DNA from: Myxococcales bacterium
GTDB lineage: Bacteria > Myxococcota_A > UBA9042
Assembly: GCA_009692465.1 (NCBI GenBank)
Contig: SHZD01000003.1
Location: 15,121-79,120, forward strand
Length of the DNA: 64,000 bases
Direction: 5' to 3'
The position numbers and the translations under genes are program-made. Shown here in pieces: positions 60,161 through 64,000 of this stretch. Position 1 is the first letter of the stretch, and every line of letters begins with the position of its first letter. The notes beneath the pieces were generated by a model that did not search any database, was not told where the DNA came from, and saw nothing but the letters and a program-made list of their open reading frames with translations.

Positions 60161-62083
60161 ATGACACTGACGCTGCAAGCCAAGATCCCGTCTGGACCGC
60201 TCCAGGGCAAATGGGACAAGCACAAATTCGAGTGCAAGCTGGTTAATCCGGCCAACAAGCGAAAATTCAACATCATAGTGGTCGGCACGGGCTTGGCAGG
60301 GGCATCGGCCGCTGCGAGTTTGGCCGAATTAGGCTACAATGTCAGAGCTTTTTGCTTTCAGGATAGTGCGCGCCGCGCCCACTCGATTGCCGCGCAAGGG
60401 GGCATCAACGCGGCGAAAAACTACCAGAACGACGGCGACTCGGTGTACCGGCTGTTTTACGACACCATCAAAGGTGGCGATTATCGCTCGCGCGAAGCCA
60501 ACGTGTACCGGTTGGCCCAAGTGTCGGTCAACATTATCGATCAGTGCGTGGCCCAAGGGGTACCGTTTGCCAGAGAGTACGGCGGAACCTTGGCCAATCG
60601 CTCCTTTGGCGGCGCCCAGGTCAGCCGTACGTTTTATGCGCGCGGCCAGACCGGTCAGCAGTTGCTGTTGGGTGCCTACTCCGCGCTCAGCAGACAGATT
60701 GGCTTGGGCACGGTCGCCATGCACGAACGCCATGAAATGCTTGACTTGGTGTTGGTCGACGGCCACGCCCGCGGCATTGTCACCCGCGATTTAGTCAGCG
60801 GCGCCATCGACGCGTGGGCGGCAGACGCGGTGGTGTTGGCAACCGGCGGCTACGGCAATGTATTTTTCCTGTCGACCAACGCTCAGGGCTGCAACGTCAC
60901 CGCTACCTGGCGGGCGCACAAGAAAGGGGCGCTGTTCGCCAACCCGTGCTACACCCAAATCCACCCGACCTGCATTCCACGTTCCGGCGACCATCAGAGC
61001 AAGCTCACTCTGATGTCCGAAAGCTTGCGCAACGACGGCCGGGTGTGGGTCCCCAAAGACGCCAGCGACACCGGCAAAAAGCCCGCCGACATCGCCGAGG
61101 CCGACCGCGACTACTACTTGGAGCGCATGTACCCGTCGTTTGGCAATCTGGTGCCACGCGACATCGCCTCGCGCGCCGCCAAACGCATGTGCGACGACGG
61201 CAAGGGCGTTGGCCCCGGCGGTTTGGGGGTGTATTTAGACTTTGGCGACGCCGTCAAACGCTTGGGTACAGAGATCGTCGGCGAACGCTACGGCAACTTG
61301 TTCGAAATGTACCAGCGCATCACCGACGATTCGCCGTACCAAACGCCGATGCGCATTTACCCCGCGGTGCACTACACGATGGGCGGCTTGTGGGTTGATT
61401 ACAACCTTATGAGCAATGTCCAAGGCTTGCATGTGATTGGCGAGGCCAATTTTAGCGACCACGGCGCCAATCGTTTGGGGGCCTCGGCGCTGATGCAAGG
61501 GCTGGCCGACGGTTACTTTGTGCTGCCGTACACCGTTGGCCAGTATCTGGCGACTAGCAATCAGAAGAAGCTGACAGGTAGCGAGAGCGAGTTTACCACC
61601 GCCGTCGCCGCCACCAAGGCTCGCATCGGCCAACTCTTGGCGATTGGAGGCAAACGGTCGCCGAGCAGTTTTCACAAAGAACTTGGGCTGTTGTTGTGGG
61701 ACAAGTGCGGCATGGGCCGCAACGCCGCCGGCTTACAGCAAGCTCTGGCAAAAATCCCCAGCATTCGCGAAGAGTTCTGGGGTAATTGCAATGTGCTTGG
61801 CGATGGCGACAGCTACAACGTCGCCTTGGAAAAAGCTGGGCGGGTCGCCGACTTTTTGGAGTTTGGCGAGCTGATGTGCAAAGACGCCTTGGAGCGCAAC
61901 GAGTCGTGTGGCGGCCATTTTCGCGAGGAATTTCAAAGCGAAGGCGGCGAGGCCCAGCGCGACGACGACAACTACACCCATGTCTCGGCATGGCAGTACA
62001 CCGGCGATCCGGCGACAGCGGTGCTGATCAAGGAACCGTTGATTTTTGAAGAAGTTCATCCATCGACGCGGTCGTACAAGTAG
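60161..62083 (+). CDS. sdhA: succinate dehydrogenase / fumarate reductase flavoprotein subunit
   Basis: N-terminal FAD-binding GTGLAG, the covalent-FAD His region ([11 protein letters not shown]), and catalytic His/Arg blocks. 640 aa. Confidence 0.9.
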   Translation: MTLTLQAKIPSGPLQGKWDKHKFECKLVNPANKRKFNIIVVGTGLAGASAAASLAELGYNVRAFCFQDSARRAHSIAAQGGINAAKNYQNDGDSVYRLFYDTIKGGDYRSREANVYRLAQVSVNIIDQCVAQGVPFAREYGGTLANRSFGGAQVSRTFYARGQTGQQLLLGAYSALSRQIGLGTVAMHERHEMLDLVLVDGHARGIVTRDLVSGAIDAWAADAVVLATGGYGNVFFLSTNAQGCNVTATWRAHKKGALFANPCYTQIHPTCIPRSGDHQSKLTLMSESLRNDGRVWVPKDASDTGKKPADIAEADRDYYLERMYPSFGNLVPRDIASRAAKRMCDDGKGVGPGGLGVYLDFGDAVKRLGTEIVGERYGNLFEMYQRITDDSPYQTPMRIYPAVHYTMGGLWVDYNLMSNVQGLHVIGEANFSDHGANRLGASALMQGLADGYFVLPYTVGQYLATSNQKKLTGSESEFTTAVAATKARIGQLLAIGGKRSPSSFHKELGLLLWDKCGMGRNAAGLQQALAKIPSIREEFWGNCNVLGDGDSYNVALEKAGRVADFLEFGELMCKDALERNESCGGHFREEFQSEGGEAQRDDDNYTHVSAWQYTGDPATAVLIKEPLIFEEVHPSTRSYK

Positions 62084-62092
62084 GAGGCGCCC

Positions 62093-62842
62093 GTGAACCT
62101 GACCCTCAAAGTGTGGCGCCAGAAAAATGCCCAAGCTGCGGGCGCCTTTGTCGATTACGCCATGAGCGACGTCAGCCCAGACATGTCGTTTCTGGAGATG
62201 CTCGACGGCCTAAACGAGACGCTGCAGGCCAAAGGCCAAGAGCCGGTGGCGTTTGACCACGATTGCCGCGAGGGCATCTGCGGCACTTGTTCGTTGGTCA
62301 TCAACGGCATACCGCACGGGCCTGATCGGGCGACCACCACCTGCCAGTTGCACATGCGCAAGTTCAAAGCCGGCGACGTCATCACCATTGAGCCGTGGCG
62401 AGCGGCGCCGTTTGCGGTGATCCGCGACTTGGTGGTTGATCGCGGCGCTTTTGAGCGCATCCAACGCCGCGGCGGTTTTGTGTCGGTGGGCACCGGACAC
62501 GCGCCGGACGCCAACGCCATGGCTATCCCAAAGCGCCAAGCGGACTTGGCCATGGACGCGGCCCAGTGCATCGGCTGCGGGGCCTGCGTGGCGGCGTGCA
62601 AGAACGCCTCGGCCATGCTGTTTGTCGGGGCAAAAGTTAGCCAATACGCCCACTTGCCGCAGGGCCAGCCCGAACGTTTCCGGCGGGTGCTGGCGATGGT
62701 CGAGCAACACGATGCCGAAGGCTTTGGGGCGTGTACCAACTATCAGGAGTGCGAGGCCGTGTGTCCCAAAGAGATCAGCGTGCGGGTGATTGGCGAGATG
62801 AATCGCGATTATTTGCGCGCAGTTCTGGTAGGTGTCGAGTAG
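62093..62842 (+). CDS. sdhB: succinate dehydrogenase iron-sulfur subunit
   Basis: CxxGxCGxC [2Fe-2S] plus two Cys clusters ([11 protein letters not shown]; [12 protein letters not shown]). Confidence 0.9.
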   Translation: MNLTLKVWRQKNAQAAGAFVDYAMSDVSPDMSFLEMLDGLNETLQAKGQEPVAFDHDCREGICGTCSLVINGIPHGPDRATTTCQLHMRKFKAGDVITIEPWRAAPFAVIRDLVVDRGAFERIQRRGGFVSVGTGHAPDANAMAIPKRQADLAMDAAQCIGCGACVAACKNASAMLFVGAKVSQYAHLPQGQPERFRRVLAMVEQHDAEGFGACTNYQECEAVCPKEISVRVIGEMNRDYLRAVLVGVE

Positions 62843-62850
62843 CCGGCGCG

Positions 62851-62976
62851 CTAGGAGCGTGTCGGAGTATTCCGACTCGCTCCTAGCGCCGTCTGGCTAG
62901 ACGGCGGCAACTGTCCGAAACTGCACGGATTCACTCCGGGCAGTTTCGGACAGTTGAGAATATTTGACTGGCTAGC
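62851..62976 (+). mobile_element. MITE-like Family C copy 4 (truncated, lacks the large hairpin)
   Basis: The first three hairpins are present at ~90% identity to copy 1. Confidence 0.65.
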
Positions 62977-62994
62977 CATGCCAAAAAATCGCGC

Positions 62995-63110
62995 GTCAGC
63001 CTGCGGCCACGCCCCCAGATCTGGCGCTAGCCGCCGGCCACGCCCCCAGATCTGGCGCTAGCCGCCGGCCACGCCCCCAGATCTGGCGCTAGCCGCCGGC
63101 CACGCTACTG
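62995..63110. repeat. 30-bp tandem repeat x3.5 (CAGATCTGGCGCTAGCCGCCGGCCACGCCC). The last unit encodes the metH C-terminal VAGG plus stop.
   Basis: Direct repeats. The terminal unit overlaps the metH stop on the minus strand. Confidence 0.85.
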
Positions 63111-64000
63111 CCCAGCGCCCGTTCGACCTCGGCGACCCCCATGCCCTTGCGCCGCGCGTAGTCGGCCACCTGATCTGGGCCCACTTGGCCGACGCTAAAA
63201 TAGCGCGCCTGTGGATGCCCCAAGTACAATCCCGACACCGACGCCCCAGGGTACATCGCCAGCGTTTCCGTCAGCGTAATCCCCAGTTCGTCGGGCCGCA
63301 GCAATGACCACAGCTTGAGTTTTTCGGTGTGATCGGGGCAGGCCGGATAGCCAATCGCAGGGCGAATCCCTACATAGCGCTCGGCAATCAGCGCCTCATT
63401 GTCCAAACTCTCGTCGGCGGCGTACCAGCTGCGGCGCACTTGAGCGTGCAGCCATTCGGTCGCGGCTTCGGCCAGCCGATCGGCGAGCGCTTTGGCCAAA
63501 ATAGCCGAATAATCATCGTGCTCAGCCATCGCAGCCTCGACCAGCTTTTCCAGGCCAATACCCGCAGTCACCGCAAAACCGCCGACGTAATCGGGCACTT
63601 GCAGATCGCGCGGCGCCACGAAGTCGGCCAGACTCAGGTACGGCTTGGCCGCATCGGTTTTTTGCTGTTGTTGCCGGAGCATGCAAAACCGCGCCACTTC
63701 GTGGCTGTGCTCTTCGTCGGCAAACAGGACCACATCGTTGCCTTGGCTATGAGCCGGCCACACGCCCCACACTGCTCTGATTTCCAGCTGATTTTGGGAA
63801 ACGATGGTCTGCAACATGGCCTGAGCACTGGCAAACAGGTCGCGCGCCGCCTCGCCATGGTCGGGATGCTGCAAGATCTGCGGGTAGCGGCCCTTCAGAT
63901 CCCAAGCGCTGAACAGAAAGGTCCAATCGATGCACTGCGCGACTGCCGCCAACGGCACCTGCATCTGCACTTGCCGCCCGAGCTTTTGCGGTTTGGCGAC
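63089..64000 (-). CDS. metH: methionine synthase MetH, C-terminal AdoMet-binding reactivation domain. The gene continues beyond the window end.
   Basis: GYPACPDHTEKLKLW..L, ASVSGLY..HP.ARYF, and DQV.DYA.RKG blocks of the MetH activation domain. No start codon within the window. Confidence 0.8.
   Translation of the reverse strand, partial: VAKPQKLGRQVQMQVPLAAVAQCIDWTFLFSAWDLKGRYPQILQHPDHGEAARDLFASAQAMLQTIVSQNQLEIRAVWGVWPAHSQGNDVVLFADEEHSHEVARFCMLRQQQQKTDAAKPYLSLADFVAPRDLQVPDYVGGFAVTAGIGLEKLVEAAMAEHDDYSAILAKALADRLAEAATEWLHAQVRRSWYAADESLDNEALIAERYVGIRPAIGYPACPDHTEKLKLWSLLRPDELGITLTETLAMYPGASVSGLYLGHPQARYFSVGQVGPDQVADYARRKGMGVAEVERALGSSVAGG

Overview
This is a high-GC (~65%) chromosomal segment that looks myxobacterial (Myxococcota). 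Evidence for that: a 2118-aa lipoprotein built from CTDC-type Cys-rich repeats, a MYXO-CTERM-like tail on an S8 protease, many lipobox lipoproteins, and heavy GC3 codon bias. Housekeeping content: a partial Mur ligase, speE, a HAD hydrolase, clpB, thiS-thiG-thiE, a solo nuoB, a Grx4-BolA pair, mdh-sdhCAB, and a partial metH. Accessory and secreted content: a bacterial lysyl-oxidase-like lipoprotein, a GT32+GT4 pair, an amidase, two Cys-rich lipoproteins, an S8 protease, two EEP-family nucleases/phosphatases, a GH13 amylase lipoprotein, outer membrane beta-barrels, and a SurA-like PPIase. There is a carotenoid-type locus: crtY, a CrtI/CrtD-family desaturase split by an in-frame TAA, and an unusual AttH/CrtC-like hydratase fused to a polyprenyl (GGPP-type) synthase. 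The most unusual aspect is the repeat landscape. I see at least five families of short dispersed repeats. Family B is a ~145-bp TIR MITE with a TA target site. All four copies sit directly 5' of secreted or lipoprotein genes in the same orientation, and in two cases the element is read in frame into the signal peptide. Family C is a ~215-bp CTAG-bounded hairpin element whose terminal CTAG supplies the stop codon of three genes. Family A is a 28-35-bp motif with eight copies, all in promoter regions, including a ~140-bp tandem array upstream of clpB. Families D and E are ~100-130-bp elements. Four genes also end in tandem duplications of their 3' ends that each carry a stop codon. I found no CRISPR array, no rRNA or tRNA, and no obvious multi-gene defence system. 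My best candidates for novel biology are the promoter-proximal, orientation-locked MITE-B element at secreted-protein genes and the hydratase-prenyl synthase fusion.
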